NCBI GenBank assembly: GCA_019828565.1
Contig: JAHDYR010000069.1
Coordinates: 626,799 to 690,798 of the forward strand
Origin: Carpediemonas membranifera BICM
Taxonomy: Eukaryota; Protista; Fornicata
Direction of reading: 5' to 3'
Length of the DNA stretch: 64,000 nucleotides
The notes under the pieces are model-generated. The model ran no database searches, was not told the DNA's origin, and worked only from the letters and a program-made list of their open reading frames with translations. A program made the position numbers and the translations under genes. Within the stretch, counting starts at the first letter, position 1. Each line of letters opens with the position of its first letter. Below, piece by piece: positions 11,034 through 21,350 of the stretch.

Positions 11034-11963
11034 ATGTCCCTGACGTTTGAAACTCCGTCAATCGATACCGAAACAGCTACCTTTGAGTCCCTCCAAGACT
11101 TCAAGGCCAAAGCCACAATATTCCTCGACACTCACAAGAAACTCCCCTTAAGCATCCTCCTTTCCCCGTCAACGCGTTTAGAGCTACAAGCGGATGACCA
11201 TGACCCCGCTACCATCAAGTTGGACGCGTTCATCGCCTGGGTGGAGCAGCGCCTTATGCCTGATGACGTCCTACAACTGACGAAGGACCTAGCCGCCCTA
11301 AAGGCCCCTACAGCAACCCCGGGCCCTCACGCGCTCCTCAGCATCACCCGCCAACACGCCGCCACCGTGCGTACCCGCCTCCAACTCTTCGATAAGCTGG
11401 CAGACGATGACGACCTACTCCAAGATCTACCTGAGGACAGTACTCCCGGCGACAACTTCTCTCACTACGCGGGGAAGTGCTTCGTAAAGGGCCTAGGGCC
11501 CTCGGTCTTGCAAAAACAGACCCGAGCCCTAGCGGCTATCACTGGCGCGACCTCGTTCGAAGACGTTGTCAAGTGTGCCGTGAAGGCAGCCAAGCGCCTC
11601 GATAAGCGGGGGTTCACCCCCCTGGGCCATGTCCAGCCTACAGACCGCCCTCAAGCCCATACGGGCAAGAGAAAGAACTGGCAGCGCCAGGGCGGTCAGC
11701 CCAGTCACCCCCACAAGGGGCCGGCTCAACAGCCTCCCCAGGGTCCTAAGGGCCCAGATCCCATCAAGAATAGGCTCGGGATCCCCTTCTGCCCCATCTG
11801 CGAGAATTACGGGCACAAGTCCTTCCGCTGCCCCCAGCATCCAAAGCATCGGCTGGAGGAGAGGAAGGCCGAGGCTAACCTCGCAGCTATCGCTGAAGGC
11901 CCTATGACTACGTCCGCCGTATTAAAGGAAAATCAATATCGGTTCATTGACCGGAGCCTCTAG
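11034..11963 (+). CDS. gag: Gag of element C
   Basis: CPICENYGHKSFRC knuckle; N-terminus resembles element B gag (MSLT...). Confidence 0.85.
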   Translation: MSLTFETPSIDTETATFESLQDFKAKATIFLDTHKKLPLSILLSPSTRLELQADDHDPATIKLDAFIAWVEQRLMPDDVLQLTKDLAALKAPTATPGPHALLSITRQHAATVRTRLQLFDKLADDDDLLQDLPEDSTPGDNFSHYAGKCFVKGLGPSVLQKQTRALAAITGATSFEDVVKCAVKAAKRLDKRGFTPLGHVQPTDRPQAHTGKRKNWQRQGGQPSHPHKGPAQQPPQGPKGPDPIKNRLGIPFCPICENYGHKSFRCPQHPKHRLEERKAEANLAAIAEGPMTTSAVLKENQYRFIDRSL

Positions 11964-12507
11964 AAGCTTTATGAGCAAGGCGGCGTTGCGTAAACTGCCA
12001 AAAGAGGCAGTCAGCGTGTCAATAGGGGAACGCATCAGGGTAACCCTGGGCGATAAAAGCACTGTCACAACAGACCAAGTGGCTGAAATGGAGATAATTC
12101 TTCCTAATATTGGGGCTGCGCCCATTAGGGTCAAGTGGCGGTACTACGTGCTGCCTGGGGAAGCTTTCAAGGTACTCCTTGGATGCGACGTCCTCAGAGC
12201 CTTAGGGCTGATTGGGGACGAGACCCTAAACTTCAACTTGGGGAAGATTATGTCGGACCCGAACGAAGATGAGTGGCTCCCCTTTGCACACCGATACTTG
12301 GATTCAGAAGCCAACGTGTGTGACACCCAGGAAGTCTTGGGTGTAAAGGTCCCCGAATCTAAAATTCGGGACCAAATCATATCTATGATTCTTGAGGCCG
12401 AAGAGGTCTTTGACGAAACCCTGCCTAGTGAAGGGTCTCGCCTGGACAAAATGTCTATAGAGCTCATAGATCGTGAGGAGCTCGTCCAGCTGCGGCCTAG
12501 AAGCCTC
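11947..12507 (+). pseudogene. pol: Protease and linker of element C pol, interrupted at 12508
   Basis: (D)TGASRSF with a damaged active-site codon, and LLGCDVL. The frame rejoins the RT at 28703 after removing the DNA transposon (PRSL|DETTNELV). Confidence 0.85.
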
Positions 12508-13020
12508 CATGCTGCGTTTTCCGGTACTCTAACCGGGACTTAAAGTCCCAGAATCAAGTCCCGGAATCCTTGATTGATTTTGATCGATGTCGTCGGATCA
12601 TCCCCAAAGTGGGTGACAGTCTTCTACTAGCCTAGTTCTACCTCTGGAAACATTATTAGCGCATGTCGATGTCACAAAAAATATTTATGATCGTTTTCCG
12701 TATCGTCAGTGCAGGATAAGGTCGCATGACTTGGCCAAAGTCGCTCTTCAGAACTCGATCGTCTGACACATACAAACGCTAAAAGTGGTTGGCAAAGATG
12801 CATTAGACCTTGTATATGACGTGTATAGACAAAATTTCGGGTGTTGCACTGTCACCTCTGAGGGGTATCCTCTCAAAAAGTGTTGAAACTCCTACTGTAA
12901 CATCCCCTTGCTGTCCTAGCAACGGAATAGTACTTTATTTACTTCAACTTTATCCCATTCGATAAAGAAAAGTCAAATTGTGTGAGCAATCTTCAACCTT
13001 AAAGTGCACATACAGGCATC

Positions 13021-14208
13021 ATGGAAAAGACCCAAAAACGAGAAATCCTGATTGCAATTGCAAAAGAAGTATTCTACTTTCAACGCGATTGTGCTCAAGC
13101 CATGCCTGTTGCGGTTTCAGAGGTGTGCTGGGCTATTCTGCCAGATGATATCCGAGCTCTCTACAAGAAGAAGCAAGCGATGGCTTGTTCTCTTCGTCAT
13201 GCCCTTATCCACGCTCTGGATGGACTCGCCCCCTCGTCTTACCAGATCAACACCGAGGGTAAGGTCAAGGGTGTGTTCCTCAAGGACTTCGGCGAGATCA
13301 ACCTATCAAGGCTGCAGGACAACCTGCAGGCAGCATCAGGTACCACTAGCACTGTGGTATGGCAGCCTCCGGTTTCGCGCTACATCAGCATCCCCTTCCA
13401 GACCTATTCGAAGAAGAAGGACAAGAGGGCTCGGAAACAGTCTCAACCCGCCCCTCAGTCGGTCGTAACTGTTCGTGACAATCTGGCCAGTGAACACAGA
13501 CAGCGGGAAGCAGCGCACATCGACCAAGTCGCTTCCCAATTTTCCACATGTGTGGCGCAGGCAACGGCACTTATCCAGACAGGAATGAACCGGCGCCACG
13601 CACTCGACAACTTCACTTATCAGCAGCTACGAAACTCATTGCGCATGTGTTGTGGGGTCTGTCACGATCCGATGAATCTGCTGCTGAAGATTGAGGACGA
13701 CAACTCCCTGCAGTGCCAACAATGCGAGAGGTACTTCCATTATAGCTGTGTCAGTGGCTACTTGGAGGAGCGAATGGCATACCCGGCATCTAACAGGGCC
13801 GATAAGCAGAAGATATCCATCTGCGATGACTGTAAGGCAATCAATGGTAACGACGAGTGCTTTCATCGTACACCTCCAACCGAGACCACCCAAGCAGCGG
13901 ACTGTGGTAGAAGTATTAAGGATGGACCCAGCATGCTCTGCTACTTTTGTTCCAACTGGTTCTGTCCGGATCATATCGCGGACACCGTTTTTGACACTGG
14001 AACTGACATGTTGAAGCGTCCTTCTCGTCGTGTTCCGGTGTGCGTGAATTGCTTTCCTCGCATTCAGAGAGGCCAGCGACAGTTCAACGGTGAGTATACC
14101 AACGCTGCCCGCGCTATTACAGAGCCATTGACACTCGCGGATGACGAGGCTCGTGATGATGTCAGTATCCGCGAGGAGGTGAGTGATGAGGAGGATGACC
14201 AAGAGTGA
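13021..14208 (+). CDS. PHD-finger protein (transposon cargo)
   Basis: C4HC3 pattern CGVC...QCQQCERYFHYSCV...ICDDC, a second Cys/His-rich module (CYFCSNWFCPDH...CVNC) and an acidic tail. Confidence 0.75.
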   Translation: MEKTQKREILIAIAKEVFYFQRDCAQAMPVAVSEVCWAILPDDIRALYKKKQAMACSLRHALIHALDGLAPSSYQINTEGKVKGVFLKDFGEINLSRLQDNLQAASGTTSTVVWQPPVSRYISIPFQTYSKKKDKRARKQSQPAPQSVVTVRDNLASEHRQREAAHIDQVASQFSTCVAQATALIQTGMNRRHALDNFTYQQLRNSLRMCCGVCHDPMNLLLKIEDDNSLQCQQCERYFHYSCVSGYLEERMAYPASNRADKQKISICDDCKAINGNDECFHRTPPTETTQAADCGRSIKDGPSMLCYFCSNWFCPDHIADTVFDTGTDMLKRPSRRVPVCVNCFPRIQRGQRQFNGEYTNAARAITEPLTLADDEARDDVSIREEVSDEEDDQE

Positions 14209-14523
14209 TAAGTGGAATAAAATGAACGAATGACTGATGCGGCACATTCTGTTTACGCTATACGACGATTTTTAGAGAGCGCCAGAGAGGTGCTGCAGGG
14301 AGAGAGCTTGTGCTTGCGTATCCTGAGGGATGCGGGATGGGAGGGGCCGACGTAATTGGCCAATCCACGTTTGTGGATCACCTGGTGTCGTCCATACCGG
14401 GCGTCTCTCCGCCACAGGCTGTGTTGCTGCGCATGGAAAGCAGTGTTAACTGTGTTCTATTGCACGATAGCACGGGGTTATTGACTGATGCGGCACCTAC
14501 CTTAAATTGCTCGTCATCCACAG

Positions 14524-15603
14524 TTGTGGATGGACCGATATCGCGCTAAGCATCGCCAAGCACCTCTCAAAGGGCAATCATCCGCTCGACAAGATCATCA
14601 CCTGTTCATTTCACCATGGAACGATGAGCAGCTCCGCATCCTTGGCGATAATGCGCGAGTTCTTCAGCTGCTCGCCATGATGGTCCCTTGGATGCGGAAG
14701 ATCTTGGCCTCGCCTGCATTTAACCCCGGGTGCAAGCCCAATAGCACCGAGAAGGACCTCCTCGGCAAAGAGCTCGAACAGGACGTGGATTCATCAAGAA
14801 TCCTTCGTGAGATGTCCAATCGAGCGGCGTACAACAAAGCCCATGCCAAGATCATTCGTGATCTCGTTGAGTACCGGAACCGCGCAGCTCACAATGAGCT
14901 TGAGCCCGACACCCTGCCCAAGGTCCTGGAGCTGGTCGAGAGCTTGGCCCAGGCCTTCTCGGTTCCATTGCACGATAACGTCAGGGCGTTCATCGCGCTG
15001 CTTAAGTCGCCAGTGTCGCTCGTTGCGACAAGTGAACATCATGCTCTGACGAAGAAGGTCAGCATTCTTGAGGATGAGATTGAGAGGCTGCGTAGCGGCG
15101 GCCGTAAGACCATGCTCAGGCTGCCAGGTGTCAGGTCTCAGCCGGAGCCCACCACTTTGGAGCAGGCAACGATGACGACTACGGACTTCGGAGACCAGAA
15201 CGCTGTGGACAAGGAGATGATGACGGAGCCCATCAGTTTGGACGAGGAGATGATGACGGACCAGGATGAGCCGAGGCCCAGGCCCGAAGACACGGGCAAG
15301 ACGCGCGGTACGCTCATGTCCCGCACACTGACTGCTAGCCAGGTGGACCAGCTAGCTATGGCCAGAACGCATGACCCCCCGCTTGTCCTGTCAGGACGTT
15401 GCATCGTGTGCGGGGGCTCATGCGAGACCTCAGAGTGGGCTTGCCGTCGTACCTCAACGACGACACCCAAAGATCCTTGCCGAACGTTGATTCGGAAGGT
15501 TAGGACTGGGAATACTCGCGACGTCTCTGTCTACCTCACAGATGAGGCATTTGAGTGGGTCAAACGTCGCGATCAGACAGGCAAGAGAGCGAGACAGGAA
15601 TAA
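14524..15603 (+). CDS. Swt1-like HEPN-domain protein with a coiled coil and C-terminal RCIVCG zinc module (cargo)
   Basis: Helical region with an Rx4H motif, LVEYRNRAAHN (~14875-14892). The start codon is uncertain. Confidence 0.6.
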   Translation: MWMDRYRAKHRQAPLKGQSSARQDHHLFISPWNDEQLRILGDNARVLQLLAMMVPWMRKILASPAFNPGCKPNSTEKDLLGKELEQDVDSSRILREMSNRAAYNKAHAKIIRDLVEYRNRAAHNELEPDTLPKVLELVESLAQAFSVPLHDNVRAFIALLKSPVSLVATSEHHALTKKVSILEDEIERLRSGGRKTMLRLPGVRSQPEPTTLEQATMTTTDFGDQNAVDKEMMTEPISLDEEMMTDQDEPRPRPEDTGKTRGTLMSRTLTASQVDQLAMARTHDPPLVLSGRCIVCGGSCETSEWACRRTSTTTPKDPCRTLIRKVRTGNTRDVSVYLTDEAFEWVKRRDQTGKRARQE

Positions 15604-16038
15604 ATGAATGTATATGTGCATGTCTGGGCCTCAGCGCTGTCGTTCAGGCCAATCCACGTTTGTGGATCCGTGCAGTTTATGGCTTATCGACCGGACATCT
15701 CCTGAACTGAGCGCCAGGGGGCGGAGGTGGCGTTGGCGTGGGGCGTGGAGGCGCTGGGGGCGGGGGTGGCGTAGATATTGGGCAATTACATAAAGTGCAC
15801 GGTGCTTGGAATTTCATTCCAACCTCAAAATGGCGGGAAAGCATTATTGGAAGGAACTAGTGGCAGCTATGCGGTTCTTTATACTGCAAAAGCAACCAGC
15901 TGTCGTCAAAAAGCGCGCCATCTACCATCAATAACCAACATCTGCGTTGCACTCCACTGTTCTCGGTCGTTAATGCACAAAATCACTAAACAACATCAGA
16001 AAGGAACAAAAAGATAGATACTATAGACGTCCGTTTAC

Positions 16039-16755
16039 CTATTCAGCCAGGCGCAGGTACTGACGCGCCGTCTCTCGGGCAGAAGATATACCATGGAGGG
16101 ATGCGTTCTGGGCAAGGCGCTTGAACGACACAACGAACAGCGGAAGTCGCTCCCACTCTCCTTGGGCCCAGTAGTGATGGTCGTACTCGAGTGATAAATA
16201 TTCGTAGGGGTGAATTGTTCGAACGCACACGAAGAAGAGAAGCGGGAGCAGTTTCGTCTCATCAGCAGCAACACGAACAAGAACGTGACCAATGTGGCAC
16301 TGCACATTGGTCACGACCGGGTTGTCGTTGATGCGATGGACACCGATTGTTTCAGGGTTGGCGCTGACGCAAAACTGGGTTCCATCGATGAGGTAGTCGT
16401 AGTTACCATTTGACTGGCGCTCATGGATGACCTCACCAGCATAGACACCGACCAGAGAACCGACGTCGATTCGGTGCGACGAGATGACCCCTTGGCCAAC
16501 ATCGGTGCCCATGAGGGACTTCTGTGGCTCAAGAAGGATCCCATCTGCGGTCTTAGCGATGCCGTTCTCAAGTAGTTCTTCGCCTGCATGCTCAGAGTCC
16601 GCCTTCTTGCCACCTGCACCGAGGAACTGCTCTCTATCCTCCTTAGAGAGCTTTTTCAGAGACATCAATTTCTCGTAATCATCTAAAGACATTGTAATGT
16701 TCTCCTCTTCCTCTGATCCATCTGTAGCAACATGCGGGATCATGATAGTGTGCAT
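16039..16755 (-). CDS. SET-domain protein (putative lysine methyltransferase), cargo copy 1
   Basis: GQGV...VGVYAGEVI...RINDN...RTIHPYEYLSLEYDHHYW corresponds to SET motifs I-IV; the usual NH is ND. Confidence 0.8.
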   Translation of the reverse strand: MHTIMIPHVATDGSEEEENITMSLDDYEKLMSLKKLSKEDREQFLGAGGKKADSEHAGEELLENGIAKTADGILLEPQKSLMGTDVGQGVISSHRIDVGSLVGVYAGEVIHERQSNGNYDYLIDGTQFCVSANPETIGVHRINDNPVVTNVQCHIGHVLVRVAADETKLLPLLFFVCVRTIHPYEYLSLEYDHHYWAQGEWERLPLFVVSFKRLAQNASLHGISSARETARQYLRLAE

Positions 16756-16821
16756 TCCTGTTGTCACTCACAATTGCGAAACTCGCTCTCTGTTCCATAA
16801 CCTGCACATCGGATTTGAACG

Positions 16822-17424
16822 ATGACGACAGACAGCCAACAGTGGATCGCATTTGAGCATCTTGCGGCTCTATACACCACTATAAAGCGTGGTAAGATAG
16901 AGACCGCAAGTCAATGCATCAACATGATCGAGGATTCCTGTGTGGAACGATTTGTGATGTTCTGGCTAACTACAGAGAACGCGGCGACGATTTACAACGA
17001 GAAAACGGCTGCTCTGCAGGAGAGCTATGGAGACGGAGTTGTGCGGTGCTCGGGTACGGACAGCATCACGAGAACAATATCATCTTCCTCTCGTGGTGTC
17101 GAGCATGTATCGAGCATTGAGCGAGCATCAAGCGTCATGCAGCGTCACTTGGAGTTCCTGCATTGGGGCAAGATCGCCCTTTCCTGTAGCGGCAGGACGC
17201 TAGCTGACTTTGCGACTCAGCACTTCCCCTTCCGTGTCTCTGATATTGAACGCAAGATTGTCTTCGTGATGGTCACCGTTCCCAATGAGTTCATGGTTTG
17301 GTATAAGGCGCTTGTTGACGAGAAGATCGATGAAGAAAAGTTTACCTACTACATCATTTATCGTCTTAACTCCAGCGCGAAGGATCACATGGTTGTTAAT
17401 GCCCTAACCTTCAAATATGAATGA
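16822..17424 (+). CDS. Hypothetical 200-aa protein, divergent from the SET gene
   Basis: Intact ATG-TGA ORF duplicated together with the SET gene; no motif recognised. Confidence 0.6.
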   Translation: MTTDSQQWIAFEHLAALYTTIKRGKIETASQCINMIEDSCVERFVMFWLTTENAATIYNEKTAALQESYGDGVVRCSGTDSITRTISSSSRGVEHVSSIERASSVMQRHLEFLHWGKIALSCSGRTLADFATQHFPFRVSDIERKIVFVMVTVPNEFMVWYKALVDEKIDEEKFTYYIIYRLNSSAKDHMVVNALTFKYE

Positions 17425-17899
17425 TCAGAGAGAGTGATGTGGTTAAATGGATTGCAAATGAGTCTTTTTAATGTCTCACCACCTGTTTGGGCCTCAGCGC
17501 TGTCGTTCAGGCCAATCCACGTTTGTGGATCCGTGCAGTTTATGGCTTATCGACCGGACATCTCCTGAACTGAGCGCCAGGGGGCGGAGGTGGCGTTGGC
17601 GTGGGGCGTGGAGGCGCTGGGGGCGGGGGTGGCGTAGATATTGGGCAATTACATAAAGTGCACGGTGCTTGGAATTTCATTCCAACCTCAAAATGGCGGG
17701 AAAGCATTATTGGAAGGAACTAGTGGCAGCTATGCGGTTCTTTATACTGCAAAAGCAACCAGCTGTCGTCAAAAGCGCGCCATCTACCATCAATAACCAA
17801 CATCTGCGTTGCACTCCACTGTTCTCGGTCGTTAATGCACAAAATCACTAAACAACATCAGAAAGGAACAAAAGATAGATACTATAGACGTCCGTTTAC

Positions 17900-18168
17900 C
17901 TATTCAGCCAGGCGCAGGTACTGACGCGCCGTCTCTCGGGCAGAAGATATACCATGGAGGGATGCGTTCTGGGCAAGGCGCTTGAACGACACAACGAACA
18001 GCGGAAGTCGCTCCCACTCTCCTTGGGCCCAGTAGTGATGGTCGTACTCGAGTGATAAATATTCGTAGGGGTGAATTGTTCGAACGCACACGAAGAAGAG
18101 AAGCGGGAGCAGTTTCGTCTCATCAGCAGCAACACGAACAAGAACGTGACCAATGTGGCACTGCACAT
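17900..18168 (-). pseudogene. 3' fragment of the SET gene (copy 3)
   Basis: Identical to 16039-16307 and broken at 18168. Confidence 0.85.
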
Positions 18169-18950
18169 ACCTTGTCTCGCGCTCAGTGATTCCTGCTGCA
18201 CGCGACACCTCCAAGCTCGCGCGCATGACGGCAGGGGCTCTTTCCGTCACTTCTTATGTCGTGACACCTGCATCGGACATTTACTCTTGCGGTATTGTCA
18301 TTATGATGCTCGTTAACGGTCTCTCTAAGTCCCCCTTTGCCGCGAAGGTGACTGACATGGGTGCAAACATGGCGCAGATCGACAACAAGAAGAAGAAGAA
18401 GATGCTGAAGCTTGGTAGCTTGCTGAACTGGTGCCAATTCTATGGTGGGCAGTTGCAGTTGTCACCTCAGGCACAGACACATTTCAAAGATTGCCTCGAG
18501 TGTGTCAACGTGAACTCTGAGCTCCCGATTCGCGGCACCACGCCACCTACTTGTCTCAGCCTGTACGACCTGGCAATGCAGATGCTCCACTTCGACCCTG
18601 CGAAGCGTCCCACTGCTGCCGAATGTCTTGACAAGCTCAAGGTCATCATGCGCGTGCATGAATGCGTCGCCAAGCCGAGTCCGCTTCTGTTAGATGATAC
18701 AGAAGAGGTCACCCTGTCTGCAGCTCAGCGAAAGAGACTGACCGACTGCTGTCAGCGAGGGTTTGAGGGTCAAGTCTTCTATCGGCGCTGCATAGTGTGT
18801 GGTAGAGACCTTCATGGACGCGAGAACGTCAGCTGTGACACATGCCACAAGGGATACAGGCAGGTGAGCACCAATAAGTGCGCAAAAGGTGTGCGCGGAA
18901 GACTGCACAGGCAGTTTATTGCAATGATTGAGCGGACGAAAAGAGATTGA
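18169..18950 (+). pseudogene. Protein kinase C-lobe plus RCIVCG zinc finger, 5'-truncated (cargo)
   Basis: Subdomain IX (SDIYSCGIV) and XI (FDPAKRPTAAECL), then RCIVCG...CDTC. The N-lobe is replaced by the duplicated segment. Confidence 0.75.
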
Positions 18951-19275
18951 TACTTTCTGTGATGCAGGAATGAGATCAATGCTGCTGACAGGTCTCGAGA
19001 TGGCATTTTGAGGTTGGAATGAAATTCCAAGCACCGTGCACTTTATGTAATTGCCCAATATCAACGCCACCCCCGCCCCCAGCGCCTCCACGCCCCACGC
19101 CAACGCCACCTCCGCCCCCTGGCGCTCAGTTCAGGAGATGTCCGGTCGATAAGCCATAAACTGCACGGATCCACAAACGTGGATTGGCCTGAACGACAGC
19201 GCTGAGGCCCAAACAGGTGGTGAGACATTAAAAAGACTCATTTGCAATCCATTTAACCACATCACTCTCTCTGAT

Positions 19276-19878
19276 CATTCATATTTGAAGGTTAGGGCAT
19301 TAACAACCATGTGATCCTTCGCGCTGGAGTTAAGACGATAAATGATGTAGTAGGTAAACTTTTCTTCATCGATCTTCTCGTCAACAAGCGCCTTATACCA
19401 AAACCATGAACTCATTGGGAACGGTGACCATCACGAAGACAATCTTGCGTTCAATATCAGAGACACGGAAGGGGAAGTGCTGAGTCGCAAAGTCAGCTAG
19501 CGTCCTGCCGCTACAGGAAAGGGCGATCTTGCCCCAATGCAGGAACTCCAAGTGACGCTGCATGACGCTTGATGCTCGCTCAATGCTCGATACATGCTCG
19601 ACACCACGAGAGGAAGATGATATTGTTCTCGTGATGCTGTCCGTACCCGAGCACCGCACAACTCCGTCTCCATAGCTCTCCTGCAGAGCAGCCGTTTTCT
19701 CGTTGTAAATCGTCACCGCGTTCTCTGTAGTTAGCCAGAACATCACAAATCGTTCCACACAGGAATCCTCGATCATGTTGATGCATTGACTTGCGGTCTC
19801 TATCTTACCACGCTTTATAGTGGTGTATAGAGCCGCAAGATGCTCAAATGCGATCCACTGTTGGCTGTCTGTCGTCAT
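19276..19878 (-). pseudogene. Second copy of the 200-aa ORF with a +1 frameshift near 19400
   Basis: Inverted copy of 16822-17424; one extra base truncates it to 161 aa. Confidence 0.75.
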
Positions 19879-19944
19879 CGTTCAAATCCGATGTGCAGGT
19901 TATGGAACAGAGAGCGAGTTTCGCAATTGTGAGTGACAACAGGA

Positions 19945-20661
19945 ATGCACACTATCATGATCCCGCATGTTGCTACAGATGGATCAGAGGAAGAGGAGAA
20001 CATTACAATGTCTTTAGATGATTACGAGAAATTGATGTCTCTGAAAAAGCTCTCTAAGGAGGATAGAGAGCAGTTCCTCGGTGCAGGTGGCAAGAAGGCG
20101 GACTCTGAGCATGCAGGCGAAGAACTACTTGAGAACGGCATCGCTAAGACCGCAGATGGGATCCTTCTTGAGCCACAGAAGTCCCTCATGGGCACCGATG
20201 TTGGCCAAGGGGTCATCTCGTCGCACCGAATCGACGTCGGTTCTCTGGTCGGTGTCTATGCTGGTGAGGTCATCCATGAGCGCCAGTCAAATGGTAACTA
20301 CGACTACCTCATCGATGGAACCCAGTTTTGCGTCAGCGCCAACCCTGAAACAATCGGTGTCCATCGCATCAACGACAACCCGGTCGTGACCAATGTGCAG
20401 TGCCACATTGGTCACGTTCTTGTTCGTGTTGCTGCTGATGAGACGAAACTGCTCCCGCTTCTCTTCTTCGTGTGCGTTCGAACAATTCACCCCTACGAAT
20501 ATTTATCACTCGAGTACGACCATCACTACTGGGCCCAAGGAGAGTGGGAGCGACTTCCGCTGTTCGTTGTGTCGTTCAAGCGCCTTGCCCAGAACGCATC
20601 CCTCCATGGTATATCTTCTGCCCGAGAGACGGCGCGTCAGTACCTGCGCCTGGCTGAATAG
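19945..20661 (+). CDS. SET-domain protein, cargo copy 2
   Basis: Same translation as copy 1. Confidence 0.8.
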   Translation: MHTIMIPHVATDGSEEEENITMSLDDYEKLMSLKKLSKEDREQFLGAGGKKADSEHAGEELLENGIAKTADGILLEPQKSLMGTDVGQGVISSHRIDVGSLVGVYAGEVIHERQSNGNYDYLIDGTQFCVSANPETIGVHRINDNPVVTNVQCHIGHVLVRVAADETKLLPLLFFVCVRTIHPYEYLSLEYDHHYWAQGEWERLPLFVVSFKRLAQNASLHGISSARETARQYLRLAE

Positions 20662-21350
20662 GTAAACGGACGTCTATAGTATCTATCTTTTGTTCCTTTC
20701 TGATGTTGTTTAGTGATTTTGTGCATTAACGACCGAGAACAGTGGAGTGCAACGCAGATGTTGGTTATTGATGGTAGATGGCGCGCTTTTGACGACAGCT
20801 GGTTGCTTTTGCAGTATAAAGAACCGCATAGCTGCCACTAGTTCCTTCCAATAATGCTTTCCCGCCATTTTGAGGTTGGAATGAAATTCCAAGCACCGTG
20901 CACTTTATGTAATTGCCCAATATCAACGCCACCCCCGCCCCCAGCGCCTCCACGCCCCACGCCAACGCCACCTCCGCCCCCCTGGCGCTCAGTTCAGGAG
21001 ATGTCCGATCGATAAGCCATAAACTGCACGGATCCACAAACGTGGATTGGCCTGAACGACAGCGCTGAGGCCCAAACAGGTGGTGAGACATTAAAAAGAC
21101 TCATTTGCAATCCATTTACTCAGTCCTCACCCTCTTACCACTTGTCTCGATCTCTGAATCATCCTCTATTGTGTTGTCCGCATGCTTCTGCTTTTCGGGC
21201 GACTCTACATGAGTCACCCTTGCAGTGGACGTGGTTGTGGAGCACCCCCAGTGTCTCCACGTCCGCCACCAGCGCCAGATCCGCCACCATGCCCTACATC
21301 AGCACATTTGTGTATTTACTTTGTAAATTTGTCCTATTGCTATTGAAGCA

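Larger units (their letters stand above)
15625..21118. repeat. Complex duplication: a ~1.86-kb tandem unit plus a ~2.07-kb inverted repeat
   Basis: 15625-17695 is the reverse complement of 19004-21074. 17487-18168 repeats 15625-16307. 21074-21118 mirrors ~17445-17487. Confidence 0.93.

Noticed and set aside
13021-14208. True RAG2 homologue
   Set aside because: A PHD finger is present, but there is no kelch propeller.
15717-15772. G-rich tract as telomeric repeat or functional G-quadruplex
   Set aside because: Irregular, and its extra copies come only from the local duplication.
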